Below, piece after piece: positions 50,596 to 60,244 of a stretch of DNA of 64,000 nt. The position numbers and the translations under genes are program-made. Numbering within the stretch: the first letter of the stretch is position 1; every line of letters starts with the position of its first letter. Origin of the DNA: Candidatus Poribacteria bacterium. GTDB taxonomy: Bacteria; Poribacteria; WGA-4E; PCPOR2b. The notes under the pieces were generated by a model. It was not told the DNA's origin. It searched no databases and saw only the letters and a program-made list of their open reading frames with translations. Location: contig OZ244587.1 of NCBI GenBank assembly GCA_965218095.1, forward strand, positions 1,216,001 to 1,280,000. The letters run 5' to 3'.

Positions 50596-50742
50596 AATAA
50601 GCTATCCTTTCTGATTTGGAATCTCCTTGTTTAGCGCTGCTGATTATGACCTATAGTTCCGGCTCCGGAAGGAGGCAGGAAGGGACGGAAGGATAAGTGA
50701 TAAACTTCCAATCTTCCTTCCACTCCTTCCATTCTTCCTGCT

Positions 50743-51330
50743 TCAGTTCTCATCTTTCCGTTTCACGCGATAATTCACCCAACCCGCTCGCCAATTATCA
50801 GGAGCAACCGATTCATCCAACTGACAAAGTAAGCCATCCGTCGTCAACGTTTCCCCAGCCGGCTGCCACGTTTTCTCCTTCGTGATGACGAGCAGCGTTT
50901 CCAAGCCAAGTCCTCGCTCCGCTGTGACAGCCACATTATCAATTTGGGCCACCCACCCCAGTGCTTTCGGCACAATGCGCCAGCCATCCCCGTGATACTC
51001 ACGATTCACCTGGATAGATTGCTGATACCCGAAATGTCCATCGGCAAGGATAGACAGCAGGTAAACATGGTAATCTCAGCTTCGATTTTGACCTCCACTT
51101 CTCGACTTAACATCCCACGCGCGTTTGTCTCAGCCGCCTCAAGTTTCGGGGCGGCACCAACGCCGTAGTAGAATTGTGGGTCGATTGGCTGCTGCTTGAC
51201 CCAATAAGGTAGTTCATCAAGTGTCTCGGTTTGAGATGCTACATTGGGAGTTTCGAGGAGCGGTGTCGTCTTGCCGCTGCAAGCGAAAAATGGAAGGAAA
51301 GGAATTGCCTAGTTTTTTCCCCCAGTCCCA
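50743..51330 (-). pseudogene. Remnant of lipoprotein (LPP20-like N-terminus) joined to an unrelated fragment
   Basis: Hand translation FFAC..LPYWV..YYGVGAA..AETNARGMLSREVEVKI without valid start; frame change near 51060. Confidence 0.4.
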
Positions 51331-51370
51331 TCTCTTGTTCTTTACTGAACTTTGCTGAAATTTTATTCGT

Positions 51371-51865
51371 TCACTCATTTTTGACATTGTACCTTTCGCA
51401 GATTGTTTTGATGAGATCGGTTGTCGATTTGCCCGAAACGTTCAACCCAACAATTACCCGACCACCGTTGGATTCGACAATCTCTCGCTCAATGACCTGC
51501 TCGATCGTGTAGTCACCACCCTTGACGTGGATGCTCGGCTTGAGGGCAGATAACAGTTCAATCGGATTTAGTTCCGGGAAGATCGTGACGTAATCCACAC
51601 ATGCCAGGCCTGCCAGCATTTCCGCGCGTTCGTCGTCGGGAACGAGGGGACGGTTTTCCCCTTTGAGGACGCGAACCGAGTCATCACTATTGACGCAGAC
51701 GACGAGAAGATCTCCGAGCGCCCGCGCTGCCTCCAAGTACCGCAGATGACCGACGTGCAGCACATCGAAACAGCCGTTGGTCGTCACGACGATTTTGCCG
51801 TGTTCTTTCGCGCGGTGAACAATCTCGGCGAGTTGATCGCGTTGATAGGTTTTTTCTTTTGACAT
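51371..51865 (-). CDS. rfaE2: D-glycero-beta-D-manno-heptose 1-phosphate adenylyltransferase
   Basis: TNGCFDVLHVGH, NSDDSVR.LKG..RP, VKGGDY, GKSTT. Confidence 0.92.
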   Translation of the reverse strand: MSKEKTYQRDQLAEIVHRAKEHGKIVVTTNGCFDVLHVGHLRYLEAARALGDLLVVCVNSDDSVRVLKGENRPLVPDDERAEMLAGLACVDYVTIFPELNPIELLSALKPSIHVKGGDYTIEQVIEREIVESNGGRVIVGLNVSGKSTTDLIKTICERYNVKNE

Positions 51866-52162
51866 AATTCGTAAAACGTAAGCGTAGTGCTTAAGAAACT
51901 GAACCCTTGTTGTCTATCTTTCAGCGGGCAGTCTCTTCTCCTTGCTACCTATGATAGACTTTCCCGCTCAATTTCGCTCCGCACGCAGCCTATCAAGATA
52001 TAAGCAGGCGTCGGCAAGCAGTTGTTCCTGTTCGCGGATGATGTGTTCCAACTGTTCAACGTTCGCTTCGAGTTGTGCCTTTTCTTCCCATAATTTGGTT
52101 TGCCGCTGCTGCATCCGGGTGCATATAAAACTTGGGGGAGGCCCCAAAAACGGCCAAGAATT

Positions 52163-53777
52163 TCACCCATTCGCACCCAAAACCGAGGTTTCAACAAAAA
52201 TCGGCACAACGGTCACCGAGGTTTGCGGATCTTCGGAGACCGTTTCATACTTTGTCCAGTTGGTTTTATTAATCGTTTCGACGAAACAGATCAGCAAAAT
52301 CTCGCTCAAACCCAGTTGCTGACCATAACGTGCGGCTTGCGCGAGGGCTTCTTGATACCCAAACTCATCGGTAAAACTCTTTAATTCAAGCCCATAGATC
52401 TGCCCAGCGTACCTGATGATGAGGTCGATTTTGCCATTTCCCGTCGGGAATTCAGGGAAGACGTATCCTTTGCGGTGTTGGAGAAAGTTCGCTAAGTACA
52501 TGTACAATGTGAAATGGTAGACCGCTTCATAAATCCGCAAATCAGTTCGACGCGGTGCCCCTTTGAGTAATCAATCGCGATTGTTTCTCAAGTGGCTCTC
52601 AAACCATCGAATCAAGTTCTTAACAGTTAGCCCATCCACCGTGATGGTATCCGACAGGTCTTCAAATGGCTCATATAATTTCCCCATGTAGCAGAAGTGC
52701 GTGAACGAAAAATAATTGAAAAGCCCTTTCTGAACGAAGGGAGAGGAAAACTTCAGATAACGTCGGTTGTCGTCAGCAATTTCCATGTCGACCACGCCAT
52801 TTGTATACAGGAAACTGGTATGTGGCTCATTGAAACGAAATGGAATCTTCTCATCAGTTTGAAACATATCCAAGACCAGTCCACGATAAGGCTCCTGTTT
52901 CGCTTTGCTGATGATATTCATAATGTTCGCATTCGGTAGGGCATCGATCGCCGCCGCGTAGGCCGTCTCGAAATCTTGTATGGTGATAGTCGGCTTGGGT
53001 TCGTTGTACGTCTTGGTGAGCAGTTCACCCAACCATGAAGTCAATCCCAGTTGCCCTTGGGTTTCATAGAAAACCTGCTCGATGACGGCGGATTCCACCG
53101 TTTGACCGCTCTCCCGCTCGTACCAATGGAATATGCTTTGGATTTCGTCAAAGGTCAGGTTGGGGACGTGCAAACTCCGCTGGACATTAAAAGGCGAGCC
53201 GCTCACGTTCTCGACGCCGAGTATGCTCCGCACCCCGATGAGCGCGACGCCGTGCAGGAAATAGTCTTTTTCAGCAGAAGGTTTATCGGCTTGGTACCGT
53301 CTGTTGCCATAGATATTCCGAAAGACGCCAGCAATACCATTGATCGCATTTTCAGGCGAGGCATCGAATTCATCAAGAATTAAAATCAGTGGTTTCTTGA
53401 GAGTTGTTTTTTCAAAGATAACATAAAATTCTTCCAAGTCATTAACGGGTACATCTTCAACTTCAAGTTTCTTTACGATTTCACGAGCAATAAACTAGAC
53501 GATAGGTTCAACGCAGGTCTGCATCATGAAATGTTGCAAACTGAGGACAACCATATCGAAATCCTTGTATTGCGATTCATGCAGTAACTTTTCTTTTGCA
53601 CCACCTGCGTCATAATCCACGTTTTGCCGCGCTATCAAGGCGCCCAGATGGTCATGTAGTACCCGCCTTTATTCGGTCGCCGACGAGTTGGTTTAAGACG
53701 TATTCAATCGAGGCTGTGCGAGGCACATAATAATGCAAATCTGTATCAACGGGTCCGTAAGATGAAAATTTACGCAT
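52163..53777 (-). pseudogene. AAA-like ATPase with C-terminal PD-(D/E)XK nuclease domain, multiple lesions
   Basis: MRKFSSYGP start at 53777, disrupted Walker A region, LILDEFD, SPFNV, in-frame TGA at 52571, PEFPTGNGKIDL..ELK. Confidence 0.8.
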
Positions 53778-53907
53778 TGTCTTCTCCTTGTCCAATCAGT
53801 CAGAATGATGAGACCTGCTAACAGATTGATAGGCGATTTTAGCACGGTGTAGACACTGTGTCAATATCAAAAGTGAGAACGAAGCGGGGATGCTATGGTA
53901 TAATGAT

Positions 53908-54027
53908 CAGGACTTACGCAATTGAACCAGCGGATTATACCCCCAACCTCCTGTGCATCTTGTATCCGGTTCAGGACTCAAGATATGGTGAAATCGCAGG
54001 TTCTGCACATCGGCTGCGTAGGTCCTA
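53908..54027. mobile_element. Candidate MITE (120 bp)
   Basis: Imperfect TIR CAGGACTTACGCA / TGCGTAGGTCCTA; related end TAGGACTGACGCA at 63118-63130; no TSD seen. Confidence 0.4.
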
Positions 54028-54221
54028 CAGATGTTGAATTGTATTCCAACTACCTTCGACGGGAGGTGTATCTCACTTTCCCTGATCAGCGTGCATAAGG
54101 GATGCCCTTCCCAACGATCTTTTGAATTCAAGAAGAGAGTCCTCCTCAAAGACAAAGACCGTCCTGGCCGAAATTAAGAAATGAACCACTCAGTTGCTTT
54201 GCCACACGGGATTTCGCGTAG

Positions 54222-54335
54222 TTTATCCCGAGCACGGATTGAGGAATCTCCGTGCTCGGCCGATCTATCGGACTTCGCTTCGACTTGCATCCCGAATGAA
54301 GATCGGGGTTATCCCGATCCTATCGGGGCTCCTAC
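54222..54335. repeat. Cluster of palindromes (CCGAT-NN-ATCGG family)
   Basis: CCGAGCACGGA..TCCGTGCTCGG, CCGATCTATCGG, CCCGATCCTATCGGG; similar to 23725-23760. Confidence 0.55.
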
Positions 54336-54386
54336 TCGACTGGCCCTCCGAGAACACTAAATAATCCTGAATTAGAAAGATGTCTA

Positions 54387-55222
54387 GGTTCTGTTGACAT
54401 TTCAAGCGAGCCATATAAGAGTGGCGACAAAGCTGAGAAATCCAAAATAACGGACAACTAGCTTCTCAAACCGAGAGAAGATACGACGATACCATTTTAT
54501 CTTGTTGATGAAACATTCAACCCGATGTCTCTCTTTGTATAAGTGTTTGTCATACGTTCTTTGGTCAACACGATGACTTTTTGGCGGTATCACCGCAATC
54601 GCTCCATTCGCCTCAATAACCGCGATAAAAGCGTCCGAATCGTACTCCTTGTCTCCAATCACATATTCACTGTTATATCCGATTATCAACCCTTCCGCCT
54701 CAGTTATGTCATGTCTCTGACCGGGGGTCAGATGAATTCTTAGCGGATTGCCTAGTCCGTCAACGGTGATGTGATTTTTTGTACTGAAACCGCCCCGAGA
54801 CCGACCTAATGCTTGGTTTTCAGTGCCACCCTTTTTTTTAAGGCGCCAGCTTTTTAAGGCGCCCGCCGCAGACGGGTGAGCGCAGCAGATGGTACTGTCC
54901 ACAATAAGCGACTCGATATCGGGGTCAGAGGCGAAGTGGTAGTGGATCTGTGTGAAGATACCTTTGTCGCACCATCGAGCAAACCGCTTGTAGCGGGTGT
55001 TCCATTTGCCATAGGTGTCTGGTAGAAGTCTCCATTGAGCGCCGCTACGAGTCACCCACAGAACTGCTTCGACGAAGCGGCGTGTAGCAGCTTCGTCGCC
55101 AACATAGATGGTGGGACAGCTTAGAAGAAACCGGTATATCTTATTCCATTGTTCATCAGGTAAGGTTATTGGCGTCATTCTTCTATTATGCCACAACCTT
55201 ATACTCAAATGTCAACAGAACC
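54387..55222 (-). mobile_element. IS5 family (IS427 group-like) element, copy 1, 836 bp
   Basis: 16-bp TIR GGTTCTGTTGACATTT / AAATGTCAACAGAACC flanked by TA; reconstructed target CTAA. Confidence 0.92.
54402..55208 (-). CDS. IS5 family transposase (single ORF)
   Basis: RSGAQWRLLP..YGKWNT, VDST, LGRSRGGFSTK, GDKEYDSD, YKERHRVECF. Confidence 0.92.
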   Translation of the reverse strand: MSIRLWHNRRMTPITLPDEQWNKIYRFLLSCPTIYVGDEAATRRFVEAVLWVTRSGAQWRLLPDTYGKWNTRYKRFARWCDKGIFTQIHYHFASDPDIESLIVDSTICCAHPSAAGALKSWRLKKKGGTENQALGRSRGGFSTKNHITVDGLGNPLRIHLTPGQRHDITEAEGLIIGYNSEYVIGDKEYDSDAFIAVIEANGAIAVIPPKSHRVDQRTYDKHLYKERHRVECFINKIKWYRRIFSRFEKLVVRYFGFLSFVATLIWLA

Positions 55223-55298
55223 TAATGAAAAACTTGCATTTTCTTTAACAGTAAGGCAAACTGAATAAGGAAAATTTTAACAGAAAGGGGATTGTATT

Positions 55299-55793
55299 AT
55301 GTTATATTTGAATTCAGTTGGGAATGCTACCGCCAGCAAAACGGAGAAAAGATACGCGATCTGTCACGAAAAGGTTCCCCTTATGCAAAACATTACGGAA
55401 TTGGCGCCGTCAAAGGAACTTCTGGCACAGTGGCAATCAGAAAAGATTGACTGGGAAGACTTTTGGCAGCGATTCATTGACGAAATGCGAGCGGAGTATC
55501 GCAAGGACGACAAAAGCCGACTCAAGAGATTGGCAAAATCTGGAAACGAGAGAGCAGGACAAAGCGCGCGAGAACCGATTGGGGATACACAACTGACTAA
55601 GGTAGATCGACAGCGAATGGAGGAAATCGCTGCGAAATGTGAATTTTTTTCGTCCGGACAGCCACGCAGCCGGCGGCGAACCTGCCAAGTCTGTAAGCAT
55701 TTAGATCAACAGGCCTATATGTGTCCTATGACCCGGCAGGTCGTCATCCATTACGAGTGGACGACGCTGCTCCGGTTCGGTCCTCAAGCCTGA
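55299..55793 (+). CDS. DUF488-like protein with C-terminal Cys cluster (possibly internally deleted)
   Basis: ELAPSKELL..W..IDWEDF..RF..EM; lacks usual LLCxE..CHR; CQVCKH..C tail. Confidence 0.55.
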   Translation: MLYLNSVGNATASKTEKRYAICHEKVPLMQNITELAPSKELLAQWQSEKIDWEDFWQRFIDEMRAEYRKDDKSRLKRLAKSGNERAGQSAREPIGDTQLTKVDRQRMEEIAAKCEFFSSGQPRSRRRTCQVCKHLDQQAYMCPMTRQVVIHYEWTTLLRFGPQA

Positions 55794-56542
55794 TACGCAT
55801 GACTGGTTTTGAGGAATGCTTGTACTTCAGATGGCACAAGATGATCAATCGAATTTCCCTGTTGGATCTGTGTACGAATGTCCGTTGAAGAAATCTCGGC
55901 ATAAAAATTTGGCAATCCGATTAGATCGATGCAGCTTGCGTAACGTTGGAAATCCGGCTGTGCCAGCAATTGCCTCATGGCGTCGGCATTATGTTCTTGA
56001 CGGTTTGCAACGATGAGGCAACACTGACCGAGGAGGGCTTCCAATGCGCCGTGCAGATTGGTATAATATTTCGCGTTGAAGATGCGAACCAGCGTATCGT
56101 AGCCGAGGATAAACGAAAAGTGCGTGCCGGATGGATACGCTGGCTTTAAGGCTTCAATTTTCTCGATGAACCTGCCGTGACTACAAGCTGCCACAGAGAA
56201 ATTCTTCCGGCTTACAGCGTACAGCCTGAGCATCAACAGCCGATCTGCGAGAGAAAGCCCGAACACGCCTTTATCGACGTTTACTCTCGCCAAGATTAGC
56301 AAAATCTCATCCAGATTGTATTGCTTGTGCGCCTCTTCGATCATTTTGATGTGGGCGACGGTGAGCGGATTGAAGGAACCGGAGAAAATACCAAGCCTTC
56401 TTCCGCTGTCTTTGATACGTTGAGGGGCACGATAAACCCAGCAAATCTCTGGTTCGCCATCTGGATCTAGCTGATCAACAAGCCTCTCTAGGCGACGATA
56501 TTCATCGGACTGTTTGAATGTTTGAATGTCTCCCACAATCAA
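55784..56542 (-). CDS. Cytidylyltransferase-superfamily nucleotidyltransferase, NMNAT/Pof1-like
   Basis: GSFNPLTVAH, NVDK, GYDTLVRIFNAKYY, ISSTDIR. Confidence 0.85.
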   Translation of the reverse strand: MIVGDIQTFKQSDEYRRLERLVDQLDPDGEPEICWVYRAPQRIKDSGRRLGIFSGSFNPLTVAHIKMIEEAHKQYNLDEILLILARVNVDKGVFGLSLADRLLMLRLYAVSRKNFSVAACSHGRFIEKIEALKPAYPSGTHFSFILGYDTLVRIFNAKYYTNLHGALEALLGQCCLIVANRQEHNADAMRQLLAQPDFQRYASCIDLIGLPNFYAEISSTDIRTQIQQGNSIDHLVPSEVQAFLKTSHAYQA

Positions 56543-56739
56543 ACTCCTGTTAGACCATGATCCTTGAAAAGGTTCGCAACCTTTTCAAGGGTTCCACATT
56601 TCTGCCGTGATGCCCTACTACACTGATAAATCCTGACAGTCAAAACTAATTTTAACTACTCTCATCGCTTATGTCAACGACATTCCCTTTAGAGCAGCAC
56701 CACTAGCGCTGAGAATCAAGAGAAATTTTGCTTATAAGC

Positions 56740-56768
56740 TTGACAAACTTTCCCAAATCGCATATCAT
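56740..56768 (+). promoter_or_regulatory. Sigma70-type promoter of PTPS-tgt operon
   Basis: TTGACA-17 bp-TATCAT. Confidence 0.65.
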
Positions 56769-56787
56769 AAAACTATCCTGAAGTGCG

Positions 56788-57189
56788 TTGAAAGAAAGGA
56801 ATTGCCCCTTGTATACAACCGTCATCGTCCCATTTGAATTCTATGCAAGTCACAGCCTGTCTGTTCGGGAAAAGCCGCATAATCACTATTGGACACTGAA
56901 GCTGTTTGTGAAAGGCATCCCGAAAAATGGCATGGTTATTGACATTCTCAAGCTGCGACAACTCACAGATCCGTATGTCGAAAAGCTTGTAGATACTTAC
57001 CTGAATGACAATCCCGCCCTGACCGAAGAACAGGCGGCTTGCCCAACTTGTGAAATGCTTGCTGCCTATTTCTATGAGCATGTCTCCCAAGCCCTGGAGG
57101 GGTTCGATGCTGAACTCAAAGCCGTCGAGGTTGAATTACGTGAACTTGAAGGGAAGGAATGGGGTGCGGCACGACTCGAAGCGGATTAA
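56788..57189 (+). CDS. 6-pyruvoyl-tetrahydropterin synthase/QueD family protein, ExxHNH variant
   Basis: FYASHSL..EKPHNHYW, GMVIDI, YLND, PTCEMLA; likely TTG start at 56809. Confidence 0.85.
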   Translation: MKERNCPLYTTVIVPFEFYASHSLSVREKPHNHYWTLKLFVKGIPKNGMVIDILKLRQLTDPYVEKLVDTYLNDNPALTEEQAACPTCEMLAAYFYEHVSQALEGFDAELKAVEVELRELEGKEWGAARLEAD

Positions 57190-59069
57190 AATGACTGACG
57201 CTCCGACTTATCAAACCAAAATCCGAAGGAAGGGTGGCAGGATCGGTGAGTTTCACCTAAAGCGTAACAGTAAAGGGCTCCACCCGTTATCAACACCCAT
57301 TTTGTACCCTGTCCTCTCATTCATGACCGGTACAAGTCCACGCGGCGGTGGGATTTGGAAATACCTGTTGAGAGATTTCATGAAGCACAACGTGCCGATC
57401 CTCTCGCAAGTGCTGCATTTTCTGGACTTCAATCTCACCGGCAAGCACATTAAACGCTGGCGAAATAAGTCGATGCGTGAATGGTACCGAGGGGTAAATG
57501 GATTGTATCATGCACCACTTGTCCTGGATTCCGGCGGGTTCAAATTGCTTTACAATGCCGGACTCGATCTCTCAGAGTTTGGGATTCATAGAGAGACAGA
57601 GGCGGATGATATTCTTGCGTTTCAACTCGATGTCGGAGGGGACATCATCGCATCGCTGGATTATCCACTTCCTCCCGGACTTGCCCGCCCCGAAGCGGAA
57701 GCCCGCATGAATCGAAGCCACCAGAACGCATTTCGGGTTGCAGAGCGACTCGCAGAGATGGACAAACCACCTTACCTGTATATCTGCTGTCATGGACAAT
57801 CGAGAGCAGATATTCAAAATTATGTCGATCAGATTTTTGATCGGTTAAAGGGTGTACTTCCCTCTTTCGGTCTTGCAGTCGGTTCACTGGTGCCGCTGCA
57901 GGGCGGCAATGATTCGGAGGTGCTCTTACGAATTTGCGGTGTCCTCGACGCAATTTCTGAATCAGAGCGAGATCTAACGCCTATCCATGCTTTTGGGATT
58001 TCTGGTAATCTGACGCCTATATTAGCCTACCTGGGAGTCGATAGTTTTGACAGTACAAGCTACATCCAATCGGCGCGGAATCTTGGCTATTCCGAGCCCG
58101 AGACGCAAAGAAAATTAAAGGTCATGGAATTGGATACGATGGATTGTACTTGTCGTGTCTGCCGGGAAACTTCCCTTGAAGAAATGCAGCAGGCATTTAT
58201 GGAAGCCGAAAGCTATCGGCGAACATCAACAGGGAAGTACAAAAGCGAATATTACGCCGCAATTGCGCTGCATAACTTCGAGATGGAAGCCGAAACGCTG
58301 AGAGATATGAAGGACGCGATTACAGGCGATGACACGCTTGAGGCGTTAGTTCGCCATGCCTCGACGGCTCGCGGTGTTCGAGAGGCAGTAGACTAGCTGG
58401 CTGAAAATGACGATGAATTCGCAGTTCAAATGTCAAGAACGGCTGTGGTTGTTCCCAAACGTTTGACAAGTCGGCGTACTTATCAAACAAACTCCTATCA
58501 GTTAGAACTCTTCACCTGCGCAGCCCCACCTCAAACCGATCTGTTCCTTCACGAAGAACAACCGACGATTTCGCTGAATTATACCCCCGACTCATTTTCC
58601 ATTCCGCCAGACTATCAGCCGCCCAACGGGAAGCGGATCCTTTTAACGATTCCCTGCGCAGGGAAGAAGCCGTATTCCCTTTCGCGTACCCACTCGATTG
58701 TCGACGCCAAACTTCAAACCGCCTTCGGAGAAAATCAGCGAGCGATTCACAAGATCACCTTTTCGGGCTTATACGGGCCCGTTCCTGAAGAATTTGAATC
58801 AGAGGAGGCTGTGATACGCTATGAATTCCAATTGTCGCCCCGACATACCGACCAGATACAGCTTTGCGCGGATCGGTTCAATACCTACCTACCTCGACGA
58901 ACAGGGGGAACACTATGAACTCATCGTCGGATATGCCACAAGTCGTGCCTATCGCGAAGTCTTTGAGCGCATCCAAAAGCATCGACCAGATTTTATCCTG
59001 CTCCCCACAAAACCGAAGCAGAAACGACTCTCCGAGTTCTTCCGACATATCCACCTTGATGAATTAATA

Positions 59070-60178
59070 GAGGGGTGTGCATAGTAGTTCATTGGAAAAC
59101 AGCCGCCATATGAGAGATATTGCGAGCAGGTAACTTCCATATGGCATTGGCAATCATAGCCACTTGCACTGATAACACCCCGATAGCTAAACAACAGCGT
59201 ACATTGAAAAACCCCTTGACCGGTAACTGCTTCTGTTGAGGAGTGGTGCCTATCACTTTAGCAATCAAGTCAAACAACGGTTCAACCGAACTGCGACGTT
59301 TGCTTAAACAGAGACGCTGCTTGGGTTGGTTGATAAATCGATGATACGCCTTGGCAAACCGTCCCTTTGTCCATCTAAGTGCCGGGGTAATCAAAGCGAC
59401 TTGTGCCTTCGCCCAACGACGGATACGGTCTGCTTGGGTATAGGCATCATCGGCAGTGAGTGTCTGCGGTGAAAGTTGTGTCAGAATCTCAGACGCTTTA
59501 GCATCTATCGCCCAACTTTCGGAGACCGACGCACGGTGCACAGTTATCAGTGTTGGGAACGCACCTTGTGTGCAGATAATGTGAAGTCCGTAGCCATAGA
59601 CCCAGCCATGATAACCACTCTTGCTCCACGTGGCATCGGTGTCGAGGTTGCGTAGATGTTTAGGTACTTTTCCTGCTTTGCGGTCAGTTTGATGCCAGAC
59701 GGGTCCTCGTGCCTTAAATAAACTTTTGTCGGCTACCAGATGAGCCAAGTTGAATTGTTGGGACAAGTCAGTGGCATACTGACCGATAAACAATACAAAT
59801 GCCTCTATCACTTCATATAATGCCTTATAGCGACGTGCAATCGTGGTTCGATGAGGGGGCTGTTGCCACCCCAGCATTTGTAACACTTCTGGGTGATTGA
59901 TTAGCCACCGCCATTGCGTTTTGAAGCCATAGATGCCGTGAAACTGCATCAACATGAAGAAAATGATAAACGAGGTGGTTGAATATGTCAATGGTTTTGC
60001 GTGTGTGACACCTGGTTTGTCAATACGGTGTTGCATAAACTGCTCAAAGAGTTGCATAATAAGAGTGACATAATCAGCCAACATTGGTCTTTGTACCATA
60101 TTGGGGCTCCTTTTGCTATGATAACAATAGGAAACCCTTTTGGCTTGATTATGTCAACTATATTTATGCACACCCCTC
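59070..60178 (-). mobile_element. Insertion sequence, DDE_Tnp_1 (IS982/IS5-like), 1109 bp
   Basis: TIR GAGGGGTGTGCATA / TATGCACACCCCTC; perfect 8-bp TSD AATTAATA. Confidence 0.92.
59089..60099 (-). CDS. DDE transposase, homologous to 13545-14573
   Basis: ADKSLF, DATWSKSGYHGWVYGYGLH, ADDAY, VEPLF. Confidence 0.9.
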   Translation of the reverse strand: MVQRPMLADYVTLIMQLFEQFMQHRIDKPGVTHAKPLTYSTTSFIIFFMLMQFHGIYGFKTQWRWLINHPEVLQMLGWQQPPHRTTIARRYKALYEVIEAFVLFIGQYATDLSQQFNLAHLVADKSLFKARGPVWHQTDRKAGKVPKHLRNLDTDATWSKSGYHGWVYGYGLHIICTQGAFPTLITVHRASVSESWAIDAKASEILTQLSPQTLTADDAYTQADRIRRWAKAQVALITPALRWTKGRFAKAYHRFINQPKQRLCLSKRRSSVEPLFDLIAKVIGTTPQQKQLPVKGFFNVRCCLAIGVLSVQVAMIANAIWKLPARNISHMAAVFQ

Positions 60179-60244
60179 AATTAATAGAAGTTTTATTGAG
60201 TGTTTTAGAGAAGAAAGCTGTTCAGGAGGGCTACAATGGTGCTA

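Larger units (their letters stand above)
57191..60244 (+). pseudogene. Archaeal-type tRNA-guanine transglycosylase fused to DUF5591-like domain; nonsense, frameshift and IS insertion
   Basis: LDSGGF, LDYP, GSLVP, IHAFG, GVDSFDS, CTCRVC..HN; TAG 58394-58396 in frame with 58430 ORF (IPCAGKKPYS.SRTH..SGLYGPVPEEFE); 4-bp duplication near 58885; IS at 59070. Confidence 0.85.

Noticed and set aside
50655-50700. SRP RNA-like CCGGAAGGAGGCAG
   Set aside because: No flanking long stem; part of a GGAAGG low-complexity run
57050-57190. Upstream start of the TGT ORF at 57050
   Set aside because: Overlaps the PTPS gene by 140 bp; ATG at 57191 directly follows its stop
45808-58396. Amber (TAG) recoding suggested by several in-frame TAGs (also near 3160 and 42443)
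   Set aside because: The same genes mostly carry frameshifts, truncations or IS insertions, other pseudogenes use TAA/TGA, and intact genes end in TAG
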